64,000 nucleotides of DNA from a virus. Its lineage: Duplodnaviria > Caudoviricetes. Shown here one piece after another: positions 55,705 to 64,000 of this stretch; the stretch's first letter is position 1, and every line of letters begins with the position of its first letter. The translations under genes and the position numbers were made by a program. Below the pieces are notes generated by a model that did not search any database, had not been told where the DNA came from, and was given only the letters and a program-made list of their open reading frames with translations. The DNA lies in the IMG/VR virus record IMGVR_UViG_3300033463_000012; one strand, given 5' to 3'.

Positions 55705-56564
55705 CGTTTCTCCAGCAGTTTCAGCTTCTCGTCCTCTTCCTTGAGGATCCGTTCAGCGTTCTCGATCCACTCGTCGACGTGTTCCTTCAAGTTGTTGAAC
55801 CCATTGAACAGGGATTCCACCGTCATCGGATCCTTCTGCCTTTCGTCCAAGAGAAGGGCCGCGGGAAAATGTTTGATCATGAACTTTTCCGCTTCACTGA
55901 AAGGTTCCATTTCCCGGAATATTCCCCAACGGTTCTGCACATAGGGCTTGATGCTCGACTCGTGGCTTGCTCCCTGTGCATCCTGATAGGCGAACTTGTA
56001 TTCCCTAGGATCATTCTCCCCGGCATAAAGGGGTCCTAACTTCTCGTCCACCTTGTTCATGAAGTCAGTCCAGGACATTCCACACTTGTCGAAATTCTGT
56101 CCAGCGAGATAGATGCCCCTGTTGCAGCTCATGAACTTCTTGTCAGTGAACCATTTGATCGATTCGGGCCAGAAGTTGAGGACACGATTCTGAATGACCA
56201 ACTTTCTGATGATTCCCTTCATGCGATTCGTGGGAATACGATCAGTAGGCTTCAGGTCATTGCCGAAACCGGTGGGAAGTTTGGGGAACCTCGACTTGCA
56301 CTTGTGGTAGTAGTCATAGGAATATGCGCCTTCCGTCTTCTGACTCTGGTTCCACATGTACTCGGCCAGCTTCATTCCTTCCAAGGCATATTCTTCGGCC
56401 GTGTTGAATTGTCCAGCGAAAGTGGCTATGTCTTCATTGTCCTTGTCAGTGAAGAATTCCTTGGCCACTTCCATGAACTCCGCCTGATTCCACCAAAGGG
56501 AATACCAGGTCAACTTGTTGGCCAATCGATAGGACAACTGCTTCAAGATATAGTTCGTGTCCAT
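55701..56564 (-). CDS. hypothetical protein
   Basis: GGAGG RBS; early promoter at 56597. Confidence 0.7.
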   Translation of the reverse strand: MDTNYILKQLSYRLANKLTWYSLWWNQAEFMEVAKEFFTDKDNEDIATFAGQFNTAEEYALEGMKLAEYMWNQSQKTEGAYSYDYYHKCKSRFPKLPTGFGNDLKPTDRIPTNRMKGIIRKLVIQNRVLNFWPESIKWFTDKKFMSCNRGIYLAGQNFDKCGMSWTDFMNKVDEKLGPLYAGENDPREYKFAYQDAQGASHESSIKPYVQNRWGIFREMEPFSEAEKFMIKHFPAALLLDERQKDPMTVESLFNGFNNLKEHVDEWIENAERILKEEDEKLKLLEKR

Positions 56565-56596
56565 CAAAACCTCCGAACATAGTGGTTCTTTCTAGG

Positions 56597-56630
56597 TATA
56601 ATATAATAAACTTTTGGGTGAATGGTCAAG
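56597..56630 (-). promoter_or_regulatory. early promoter
   Basis: TTGACC...TATTATATTATACCTAG. Confidence 0.75.
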
Positions 56631-57330
56631 AAAAATGTGGATTTCTGACGTCGAATTTGTTTTCCAGAATGGTTGATTTCTTCTTCTTTCCGAACACCAC
56701 TCTGTCATTTTCGTCCAAATCTTCCATCTTCAGGATTCCCGTTCGTAGCTTCAATTCTTTTTGAAGCAGAAGGGCCAGGGCATATGCGTCCACAATGTCA
56801 GATGTAGGTGAAATGCCCTTTGCTGTTTCTGGAATTGGATAATCGGTCAGGTCTGGTTTGATCCCTGAAATGGTCTGAAATGTCTCCCACATGCCGACCT
56901 TGTCCGCATTTCCTCTTCCGGTGAAATGCTTCTTTGAAATTCCAGGACCATACCAGCGAAGGGCAATGTTCTGTTTCCAAATTTCCCATGCAACTTGACC
57001 GACAAACTCCCCGATGTTTGCGAGCATGCCTACAGCTCCGAAGGCGAAGTCCTCGATCGCCGCATATTTGCATTTGCCGACCTTTCCGAGGATTTCATTT
57101 ATCATCATTTCGGTGATGCCGAATCTGGAAAGGTAGTCGTCCTTCTTGTAGAATGTGACATGATTGTCCTTCTGATTCTTCTTGACCTGGGTGAATCCAA
57201 GCCAATCACAGGAAACGATGTCCAAATTTTTGTCAAGGTCAAGGACGCAGATGCCTGATCCATTCATTGACAAGTCACAGCCACAAATGGAAATGCCTTC
57301 ACCAACAGAGAAAGGCATGTCCAGCTTCAT
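56626..57330 (-). CDS. RuvC-like Holliday junction resolvase
   Basis: CGCDLSMNGSG, AIEDFAF, E..G, KK.FTG.GNADK..M, SDIVDAYALA; start uncertain (57318 or 57330). Confidence 0.8.
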   Translation of the reverse strand: MKLDMPFSVGEGISICGCDLSMNGSGICVLDLDKNLDIVSCDWLGFTQVKKNQKDNHVTFYKKDDYLSRFGITEMMINEILGKVGKCKYAAIEDFAFGAVGMLANIGEFVGQVAWEIWKQNIALRWYGPGISKKHFTGRGNADKVGMWETFQTISGIKPDLTDYPIPETAKGISPTSDIVDAYALALLLQKELKLRTGILKMEDLDENDRVVFGKKKKSTILENKFDVRNPHFS

Positions 57331-57544
57331 CAATGGCGATGAAGTCTTCGAATTTGAATTGGGTGTAGAGGTAGAGTGCGACTTCGTTGATTTGTTTGAA
57401 GTGTCCTTGGATTTGGAAGATTGTCTTGTTTTCTTCGAGGTTTCTTTCATAATCGATTGACTTGTATTTAAGATAATCTTCGACCCGATCTTCCTGTCCT
57501 TTCAACTTCAGCGTGACTTTCACTTTTCGCGCTTTCTTCCCCAA
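57299..57544 (-). CDS. hypothetical protein
   Basis: TTG start after GGAGG; CTAAATT at 57585-57591. Confidence 0.5.
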   Translation of the reverse strand: MGKKARKVKVTLKLKGQEDRVEDYLKYKSIDYERNLEENKTIFQIQGHFKQINEVALYLYTQFKFEDFIAIDEAGHAFLCW

Positions 57545-57673
57545 ACGTCCTCCCCGACAAGCCGTTTGATTTCCTTTTTGATGTAATTTAGAACAGCGAC
57601 GACTTCAGGAAGCAAAAGTCCGACCAGTATCAAATAGCTGATGAGGATCTTGGTGTCCGAACTCATATTCACC

Positions 57674-58045
57674 TCAGAAATGCTCTATCTTGATCGTTCT
57701 AGGTAAATATAGCTCCGCGACATAATGTTCAATTGTGCAACCCCGAGCGATGTTCCAACCCGGGGCGAAGTAGATGATGTCGGCTCCTTCCATCAGCTTC
57801 AGGGATTCGGCCAGGCACTTGATTGGGGTCAGGGCAGTGCCTTGGAAAGATGAATTGATCGGGCTCTGCGTAGCGCCTTTGAAAAATGAATCAATGAGTT
57901 CAACGTCCGGGTATTTCTCCTTGACTTCATCCAGGATTCGGTCTCGTTCGGCCTGGATTTCCTCATCGGTCCGGTCTCGCATTGGCTGGGAAATGAACAG
58001 TCTTTTCGCTTCGGTGTTCTTCTTCATAGAATAGTTCTCCATCAA
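57674..58045 (-). CDS. DUF4406-like (nucleoside deoxyribosyltransferase-like fold) protein
   Basis: LFISQPM, AD.IYF..GW..ARGC.IEH. Confidence 0.75.
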   Translation of the reverse strand: MMENYSMKKNTEAKRLFISQPMRDRTDEEIQAERDRILDEVKEKYPDVELIDSFFKGATQSPINSSFQGTALTPIKCLAESLKLMEGADIIYFAPGWNIARGCTIEHYVAELYLPRTIKIEHF

Positions 58046-58052
58046 ATGTGTA

Positions 58053-58265
58053 TCAAATGTACGGAATAATGGATCCGGTTAGAAAAACAAGTGCGGTGGA
58101 AACGAAATAAACGACTATAGGAATGGCTGGTGGAAATTTCCCTTCAAATACTCCTTTTTCCTCGGCCGCGTTCACCACATAAAGCAGCACCACAATCTGA
58201 AGTGCTAGCATGAATCCGCAAAAGAAAATTATTAGACACATATCTGCCTCACGGTTCGCAATCAT
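58053..58265 (-). CDS. two-TM membrane protein
   Basis: Hydrophobic pattern; start uncertain. Confidence 0.55.
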   Translation of the reverse strand: MIANREADMCLIIFFCGFMLALQIVVLLYVVNAAEEKGVFEGKFPPAIPIVVYFVSTALVFLTGSIIPYI

Positions 58266-58521
58266 CTCCCCACTTCTCGTGGCGTTTCTTGTTCAACTCA
58301 TCGTACAGTTTCTGGTATTCTTCGGCCATTGTCTTGTGGTCCTGGATTGTTCCCCATATTCCATCAAGAACCCAATAGGCGTCGAATTTGTCGTAGGAAC
58401 CAAAGTTGTCTATGGCTTCCCGGTATGCATTCAGCTTTTCCATCTCCTGCTCGCAATCCTTCTTGATCCCACTCGTTCCGAATATGTGCAGGAGTTTCTT
58501 GTAGAGATCTTCCGGTATCAT
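58249..58521 (-). CDS. hypothetical protein
   Basis: Start MIPEDL at an ATGA junction. Confidence 0.55.
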   Translation of the reverse strand: MIPEDLYKKLLHIFGTSGIKKDCEQEMEKLNAYREAIDNFGSYDKFDAYWVLDGIWGTIQDHKTMAEEYQKLYDELNKKRHEKWGDDCEP

Positions 58522-58760
58522 TCCTCGTTCTCCTTGACTGGTGCGTTTGCCCATTCATTGAACAGGTTTTCACAGGAACCAAGCCCAACCATATCGGCAA
58601 TATCGCTAAACTCCTCATACCATTCATCGCAAAACCTCTGCGCGGGGCATACAGAGCACGATTTGAAAATGGGTTGCTTATAGTTGGAGCTAGATTTTTC
58701 ATCGTCCCTGAGCAAGTCTTCTGGTTTCAGCCCTTCTTTCCACTTCTCAAAGTTCGTCAT
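58518..58760 (-). CDS. MTNFE-type small Cys-containing phage protein
   Basis: C..CPA...C...C...F.EWAN. Confidence 0.65.
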   Translation of the reverse strand: MTNFEKWKEGLKPEDLLRDDEKSSSNYKQPIFKSCSVCPAQRFCDEWYEEFSDIADMVGLGSCENLFNEWANAPVKENEE

Positions 58761-59179
58761 TCTTCATTCTCCTCGGCTTCCTGCTTGCTCTTCTGACCAA
58801 TAAACTCCACCGTCATGCTTTCCTTTGTGTCGTATATCTCAATAGACGGATCACCATACAACTCCATGTCGTTCAATCTTTCTACTTCCTTTCTGGCGTC
58901 TTCAATGTTGTCATATTCATAAGTAGTCGGGCTATTGTCTATCAAAATCACGTATCTCTTAATATCGTCACCTCCATTCTTTGGTGCTACGTTTGCAAAG
59001 AAGATAGAGAATATTAAGGCACTTCCTACAGCAGAACCTAATCTATATTCGGGTGCGACCCCAAAGAATGTGGAAATAAGCGGAATGGCAATAAGGATTA
59101 TGGTATTGGATAGCAGGAACATGAAAAGTCTCAGCTCTCCCGGCTTCATGTTTTCTTTCCACTTTTCAAAGTTCGTCAT
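58757..59179 (-). CDS. membrane protein with duplicated MTNFEKWKE N-terminus
   Basis: Two TM segments. Confidence 0.6.
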   Translation of the reverse strand: MTNFEKWKENMKPGELRLFMFLLSNTIILIAIPLISTFFGVAPEYRLGSAVGSALIFSIFFANVAPKNGGDDIKRYVILIDNSPTTYEYDNIEDARKEVERLNDMELYGDPSIEIYDTKESMTVEFIGQKSKQEAEENEE

Positions 59180-59188
59180 TATCATCTC

Positions 59189-59563
59189 CTAACGAAACAA
59201 AGATAGAAAATCTATTTCTTCCCGTCGCAAAGCGGTTTCTTTCAAGAACACCGTTTCCTTGTCGAACTCGTGAAAATCAGTCGCGAGATACCGTGTGAAA
59301 ACGAACCTATTAGACATGAGAAATTCAGCATCTTCCTTGCTATACCAATGCAGCAAATCTTCGGCACGAGAGCAAGAGGAAAACCAATTCTTTCCGTCGA
59401 TATGATACCTTTCATCAAACCCCATCGGCAAATTCTTCGCTTCACCTTTGCAGTCCTTGCAACCCCAAACATACTCGTTGCGAGAATTATACCAAAGGCC
59501 GTTCCCGGGTTCCTTTGCTTCAAGTCTGTAAAGCCACTTCTTTGCCAGCTTTTGATTGTTCAT
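59189..59563 (-). CDS. hypothetical phage protein
   Basis: LYRLE....GLWYN, WFSSC....L..W. Confidence 0.65.
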   Translation of the reverse strand: MNNQKLAKKWLYRLEAKEPGNGLWYNSRNEYVWGCKDCKGEAKNLPMGFDERYHIDGKNWFSSCSRAEDLLHWYSKEDAEFLMSNRFVFTRYLATDFHEFDKETVFLKETALRREEIDFLSLFR

Positions 59564-59853
59564 AGATTCGCTCCCATGAGGTTCGCCACGGCCTCGAACT
59601 TTCCGAAAATCTCCTCTATGTCGATTTCCTTGTTCTGGTCGTTGAAGGTAAAGATGAATGTGGAAAGTTGGTTGCCCCTCCTCACATGTAGAATGGCGTT
59701 TATTTCCTCGTCAAACTCGTCCGTGGAAACATAATACAACAACTCGACCCCATCCTTCTCCAGCTTCTGTTCAACGAATCCGTATTGGGCACCCCACTTG
59801 TCAAGGTGTTCTTGAAGATAGGTGGTTTTAGTTTCATATTCTTCGTTGGTCAT
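59560..59853 (-). CDS. hypothetical protein
   Basis: Coupled starts. Confidence 0.55.
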   Translation of the reverse strand: MTNEEYETKTTYLQEHLDKWGAQYGFVEQKLEKDGVELLYYVSTDEFDEEINAILHVRRGNQLSTFIFTFNDQNKEIDIEEIFGKFEAVANLMGANL

Positions 59854-59960
59854 TCCTCATTCTCCTCTCTTTCTGCGTTCCTCCCACATTTTATGCAGAA
59901 TTGGTCTTCGTTTTTTTCCAGTAGTCAGTTTCCCACAGGTTTATGTCTTTCATATTTCGT

Positions 59961-60158
59961 TTACTCCGCTTCTTTGTTTTCCCATTCGAGACATTTCTTG
60001 GCAAACGCTTTGGCTATGTCGTTTGCCAACTCTTCTGCGGTGTAGTTGCTTACATCTGTTGCATCCGCTACAGTGATGGACACATTAGAACAAACCAAAT
60101 TCAAATCAATCTTTTCTCCATTGAGCATCTTTTTGTGCAACATTTCAAAGTTGGTCAT
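59961..60158 (-). CDS. hypothetical protein
   Basis: AAGGAG RBS. Confidence 0.5.
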   Translation of the reverse strand: MTNFEMLHKKMLNGEKIDLNLVCSNVSITVADATDVSNYTAEELANDIAKAFAKKCLEWENKEAE

Positions 60159-60709
60159 TTGTCAGTCTCCTTTTGGTTCGGGGTGTCAATAAAAGTGTTC
60201 TCGTATCCACACTTTACTGCCTTCAACAAGGAATACACACGCCAGTTGATCAGCTCAGTAATGCATGGATTTTCCTGCCTGGTTTCCCAATCATGATCGG
60301 GGTAGAAATCGAGAATGAACCGGACAACCGCCTGGCTCCGACTTTTCCCGGCATGGCAATGGATGTAGAAGTCCTTGTCGATATTCTTGTCAATGAAATC
60401 CACAATCTGTTTGGCCTGATCTACGTTCATGCCCCAGGCGAATTTATCTTCTCCTATAGACGTCACGGATTCAGTAATGTCATCAAAGTTCAGCTTGAGG
60501 ACGTTTTCCGGAACCGGGCCAAAACTCTTTCTGTTCAAAAACCAGGGTTTGTCATCGATGGAAAATAGTTGGCCATAGTAATCCCTGACATCCGGCGTTG
60601 CGCAAATTTCAATACAGGCGACACAGGATGGCAAAGTCTTGTTCATCCACTTGTTGTCGTCCATTACCTGTTTAAACGTCTGAGCGCTGTAGCAGTATAG
60701 CTTTTGCAT
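60155..60709 (-). CDS. protein tyrosine/dual-specificity phosphatase-like
   Basis: L.FDDI, IHCHAGKSRS (CX5R). Confidence 0.85.
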   Translation of the reverse strand: MQKLYCYSAQTFKQVMDDNKWMNKTLPSCVACIEICATPDVRDYYGQLFSIDDKPWFLNRKSFGPVPENVLKLNFDDITESVTSIGEDKFAWGMNVDQAKQIVDFIDKNIDKDFYIHCHAGKSRSQAVVRFILDFYPDHDWETRQENPCITELINWRVYSLLKAVKCGYENTFIDTPNQKETDK

Positions 60710-60736
60710 ATTCCATTTCCGTGTAAAGGTCCTAGC

Positions 60737-60760
60737 TATAATATAATAACTTTTCGACCT
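60737..60760 (-). promoter_or_regulatory. early promoter
   Basis: AAAAGTTATTATATTATAGCTAGG. Confidence 0.65.
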
Positions 60761-61148
60761 ATACGCTCTGATATTCCAAACTTTCCATGGCCGCGATGTT
60801 CTTTTCTGACGGTTCGATTCCTAGTCGTTTGCACAGAAGCACTCGCAACTTATGTTTCAACAGGGTAAATAGGTAGTTCGCAATACAACTGCAAATGGAA
60901 TTCACCACAAGCACGACCGCAATCATTATGGATTCCGGCAACTTGATGGCGGACACTATGATCGCACTGGCTATCAAAAAGACACCAGACAATGTATCCC
61001 TAGGCAAGGTCTCGTACATCGTCGTCCTGGCCGAACGCAGTTCACTGAAAACCGGTGTCTTTCCGGCTTCCATTGAAGACAATACCCTGTCGAGTTCCTT
61101 TCGGTATTTCTTCAGGTCATCTTGTTTAGTCATGAACAAATAATACAT
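60759..61148 (-). CDS. two-TM membrane protein
   Basis: Hydrophobic central helices. Confidence 0.6.
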   Translation of the reverse strand: MYYLFMTKQDDLKKYRKELDRVLSSMEAGKTPVFSELRSARTTMYETLPRDTLSGVFLIASAIIVSAIKLPESIMIAVVLVVNSICSCIANYLFTLLKHKLRVLLCKRLGIEPSEKNIAAMESLEYQSV

Positions 61149-61183
61149 GGCCTAGGTGTTCCCTGTCTGGCTTCCGCCGAATT

Positions 61184-61888
61184 TTACATGAATTCTTCCC
61201 ATTGCACTATCTTGTTGTAGACCTTGTTCATGGCTTCGAACTGATCGACATCTTCATTCACTGTGACGCCGAATGATGCCCAAACCTTTCCGTCCTTTTC
61301 AATCTTGGCGGATACATGCCTTTCCCAGATGTACAATGTCAGGAAATTGTCAGAATTTTCGAGCACCTTCACGAGTTCAAACTTGTTCGGGATGTCCCTG
61401 ATGAACTTCCACTCATTTTCACCATTGTGAAATTTCGAGAGTTTGTTCACCAATCTGTTCATAACTCTTTCCGACCTGTATTGAATTCCGTCGGCCTCAT
61501 TGAACAGTTGACCTAATGTCTGCATATAGGTTTTCACATTGTCAAACGCAATAGTGCCGACCTTGTCGCTGTCCCTGTGAATTTCCACCAGTTCGATGTC
61601 ATTTACATATAGATAGAAATAGAATCCCTTGTAGTAGAATCTGCATCTTGTGCTGTAATCATCTCGTGTGACGCTATCGTCCGTGATGTCCTTCCACTTC
61701 TTCTTCATTTCCTCAATGGCCAATGGAAACAACTCGGCCAACTTGTCGTTCGCTTTCTTCCTGTTCTCAGCTCGTTCCTTGTCGCGCTTTCTGTTCCATC
61801 TCTTTTCGAGAATCATTGGGGCGAACATGAACGACAACACGCCCAAAAGGACGATGATGAGCCAAATGACAAACACATAGTCTTTCAT
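61184..61888 (-). CDS. membrane-anchored protein, weak family-motif match (YRSERVMNRLVNKL)
   Basis: N-terminal TM; start MKDYV. Confidence 0.6.
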   Translation of the reverse strand: MKDYVFVIWLIIVLLGVLSFMFAPMILEKRWNRKRDKERAENRKKANDKLAELFPLAIEEMKKKWKDITDDSVTRDDYSTRCRFYYKGFYFYLYVNDIELVEIHRDSDKVGTIAFDNVKTYMQTLGQLFNEADGIQYRSERVMNRLVNKLSKFHNGENEWKFIRDIPNKFELVKVLENSDNFLTLYIWERHVSAKIEKDGKVWASFGVTVNEDVDQFEAMNKVYNKIVQWEEFM

Positions 61889-62289
61889 AGATTTACCTTC
61901 TTGAACCCTTCCGGGGTTGAATAGACCACCCATTTTCCTCCAAGGGACTTCAGCATCCTTCTGCAATTTTGACAAGGTGCGGAATTCATCAACTTCAATC
62001 CCTTGGACAACCTGACATTCACCACGCCGAACTCCCTGTCCCTGAGGAGACCGGATGCCTTCATGTATGCAGACAATTCAGAATGCACACCCTGAAAGTC
62101 CTTGTATCCCCAGTGGACAGGAGGAACGTTCTTCGTCAAGTTTCTGCCCCCTTCGATCACCTCGTTCCCCACGACCACATAGGAATAATGGTCATAGTGG
62201 GAAACTCGTTGCTCGTTCGTCTTGGAGTGTTTGGCCGAGACGATCATAGACCTAGTGAGCAGAGACTTGAGAAGATTGCGTGCGACCAC
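61885..62289 (-). CDS. zinc-dependent nucleotide/nucleic-acid deaminase-like
   Basis: HSE ... SAPCQNC (HxE / PCxxC), VVYST. Confidence 0.75.
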   Translation of the reverse strand: MVARNLLKSLLTRSMIVSAKHSKTNEQRVSHYDHYSYVVVGNEVIEGGRNLTKNVPPVHWGYKDFQGVHSELSAYMKASGLLRDREFGVVNVRLSKGLKLMNSAPCQNCRRMLKSLGGKWVVYSTPEGFKKVNL

Positions 62290-63125
62290 TACTTCGCCTT
62301 CTTATACCACCAACGATGAGCATTGATCTGCTTGTCGGTTCGCTTGTGGAATCCGGGCTGCTTGTTGTATGCCTTGGTGAGTTCGAACAGCTTCATCGTC
62401 TTGTTCTTCATGACGAAATCGTGTTCTGCCTTCGACCAACGAGTGTGCTGAAGATTGCTGACAAGGCGCTTCTGCAGCTTCTTGTATTCCAGAGTGACCT
62501 TGTCGTAGCCGAGATTCTTCTGCTTGCGGATGCAATAGATCCTCTGCTGAATCACGTGGCCAGAGACGCTGAAGTCGGCTCCGATGTCCGCCTGAGACTT
62601 GCCGGACAGATATGCCTTCATGAGTTTCACGTCGTCCTGCATGGTCCAGCGCTTGTAGCGAATCTTCTCACTGTTGCCATGGGAAAGATCGCGGTAGCAC
62701 TGATAGAAGGACCAAAAGGAAACAGGACGGAAACCGGCGTTGCGGAATTCGACGTAGAGGTCATCACGGCTCTTTTTGATGTTCGCCTTGATGAAATCCA
62801 GTTCATTCTTCGTCCAATTGTTCCAGGGCCTCGTCTTGAGAACGGAATTCACTTCCTTCAGCATCTGCTTGATGTTCGGAGGAAGGACATTGCACCCAAT
62901 CCTCTTGTTCCCGTATTCGTTCAGGGTCTTGAGGCGCATACGGGTGGAACCGGCGTGGCGCTTCATGTACCTGTCGCACTCGGACTGAGAATGATCGAGA
63001 AGATACTTGAGCATCTTTTCGTCCTCTTCCGACGTCCAACGACGAGCACCGTTCGCCTTCACGAGGACTCGCGGAATTTCATCGTAGTCGAGGGCATGGT
63101 AGTTGTAGACGTAAGGTTTCTTCAT
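62289..63125 (-). CDS. multi-repeat Myb/SANT-like HTH protein
   Basis: RWTSEED, NWTKNEL, RWTMQDD, RWSKAEH repeats; start MKKPY. Confidence 0.7.
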   Translation of the reverse strand: MKKPYVYNYHALDYDEIPRVLVKANGARRWTSEEDEKMLKYLLDHSQSECDRYMKRHAGSTRMRLKTLNEYGNKRIGCNVLPPNIKQMLKEVNSVLKTRPWNNWTKNELDFIKANIKKSRDDLYVEFRNAGFRPVSFWSFYQCYRDLSHGNSEKIRYKRWTMQDDVKLMKAYLSGKSQADIGADFSVSGHVIQQRIYCIRKQKNLGYDKVTLEYKKLQKRLVSNLQHTRWSKAEHDFVMKNKTMKLFELTKAYNKQPGFHKRTDKQINAHRWWYKKAK

Positions 63126-63150
63126 GTGGTTTTCTCCTTTGGTTGGTTGT

Positions 63151-63471
63151 TTACTTACGATTCTTTGGCTTACGACCCCGCTTGTGGGCTTCGCTCTTCC
63201 ACTGGACAGCCAGACTGCGGATGTCCTCAGGCAGCTTGCGGCGCCCATTGTATCGGTTCTCGTAGTTGCAAAGGGTATGAAGGCGCTGGTACATGGAAGC
63301 CACCGTGCGCCCAAGTTCCTCGCTCAGCTTCTTCATCGTGCTGGTTCCCGTGGCGGTCAACAGCAGCTTCTTGTCCTCTTCCGGTGTCCATAGGCGTCGG
63401 CCATTCGCTCGGACCTTGACCTTAGGATCCTCTCCGTAAAGGACAATCTTGGTTTCTTCATTCTTCTCCAT
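63151..63471 (-). CDS. single Myb/SANT-like HTH protein, paralog of neighbour
   Basis: P.V.V.ANG.R.WT.EED shared; LGRTVASMYQRL. Confidence 0.7.
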   Translation of the reverse strand: MEKNEETKIVLYGEDPKVKVRANGRRLWTPEEDKKLLLTATGTSTMKKLSEELGRTVASMYQRLHTLCNYENRYNGRRKLPEDIRSLAVQWKSEAHKRGRKPKNRK

Positions 63472-63593
63472 TGCAGTTCTCCTTGTTGAGTTTGTTTTTT
63501 GAATCCCGTTTTTTGTTGGGAACGACACGCTGAAAATATCGGCGGCCATTCTCAGTCTCCTTTATTCTCCAATCACGTTCCGCTTTCGTCTCC

Positions 63594-63788
63594 TTATTCT
63601 TCTTCATCTTCGTATTCCTTGCTTTTCAACTTCATAATGCACCAGAAAGGCATGATGAGCGCCCAAGTGAAAAGGACACCGACCAGAAAGCTGAAGATGA
63701 CCGACAGGGTGATTCCGACGTTGGAGCCGAAATGTCCAACGAAAAAGTTGCAGACCACCTTGTTCGTCGTGTTCAGGATGTCAATCAT
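63594..63788 (-). CDS. small membrane protein
   Basis: One TM, acidic tail. Confidence 0.55.
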   Translation of the reverse strand: MIDILNTTNKVVCNFFVGHFGSNVGITLSVIFSFLVGVLFTWALIMPFWCIMKLKSKEYEDEEE

Positions 63789-63999
63789 GGTTCCTCCACT
63801 TGGTTCCAGGTTTCCATGTGTCCTTCATGGCGAGCGCTTCTTCGATTCTGGTGAAGACCCAATCCAAGCGCTTGGCCCAGTTCCCCCATCCACTCCCGTC
63901 GCACAAATGCTGATAGCCGACATAGGGCTGGGAATTGATGTCGATTTTGAAGAAAGGATAGCCATCACCCAAGATGTTTAGGTAGTTGAATTGAATAAA
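63781..63999 (-). CDS. hypothetical protein, 5' truncated by window edge
   Basis: Frame open to the window end. Confidence 0.5.
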   Translation of the reverse strand, partial: FIQFNYLNILGDGYPFFKIDINSQPYVGYQHLCDGSGWGNWAKRLDWVFTRIEEALAMKDTWKPGTKWRNHD

Positions 64000-64000
64000 C

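Noticed and set aside
59850-59953. Short broken ORF at an A7 tract (MKDINLWETDYWKK / NEDQFCIKCGR...ENEE) as programmed frameshift or phase variation
   Set aside because: Too short, with no canonical slippery context; a decayed gene or sequencing indel is equally likely.
1-64000. Stop-codon reassignment as in some large phages
   Set aside because: Core genes are full length in code 11 and end in TAG, TGA and TAA, followed by terminators or coupled starts.

Overview
This window is a segment of a large T4-related (myovirus/jumbo-like) dsDNA phage genome, read in the standard genetic code. All calls come from manual motif recognition; no database search was run. T4-type core genes are scattered rather than clustered: RNase H, clamp loader gp44, gp59-like, ssb gp32, UvsW, UvsY, dNMP kinase, neck gp14, baseplate hub gp26/gp51-like, gp5-like spike, gp16-like small terminase and a RuvC-like resolvase. 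The window also has three mosaic fibre genes (one with a Fib_succ_major/FISUMP-like domain), an alpha-glucosyltransferase-like gene, a MoxR AAA+/VWA pair, a SprT-like protease, SpoVG-like and Myb-like proteins, and a tRNA-Leu(CAA). Two promoter classes are visible: about 19 sigma70-like early promoters (TATTATATT) and about 13 late-type CTAAAT(T/G) boxes. Two features are not explained by standard annotation. (1) About 27-29 otherwise highly divergent small early proteins share one 14-residue helix motif, [FY]xxx[LF]xx[NK][IM][ILVM]xx(K)[LVM]; 18 of them lie within 38-50 kb. (2) Six dispersed ~110-bp quasi-palindromic non-coding elements share the core GGTAGCTATAA(C/A)(T/C)TACTAGC and have roughly phased arms. 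A probable programmed frameshift joins the gp26-like and gp51-like genes.
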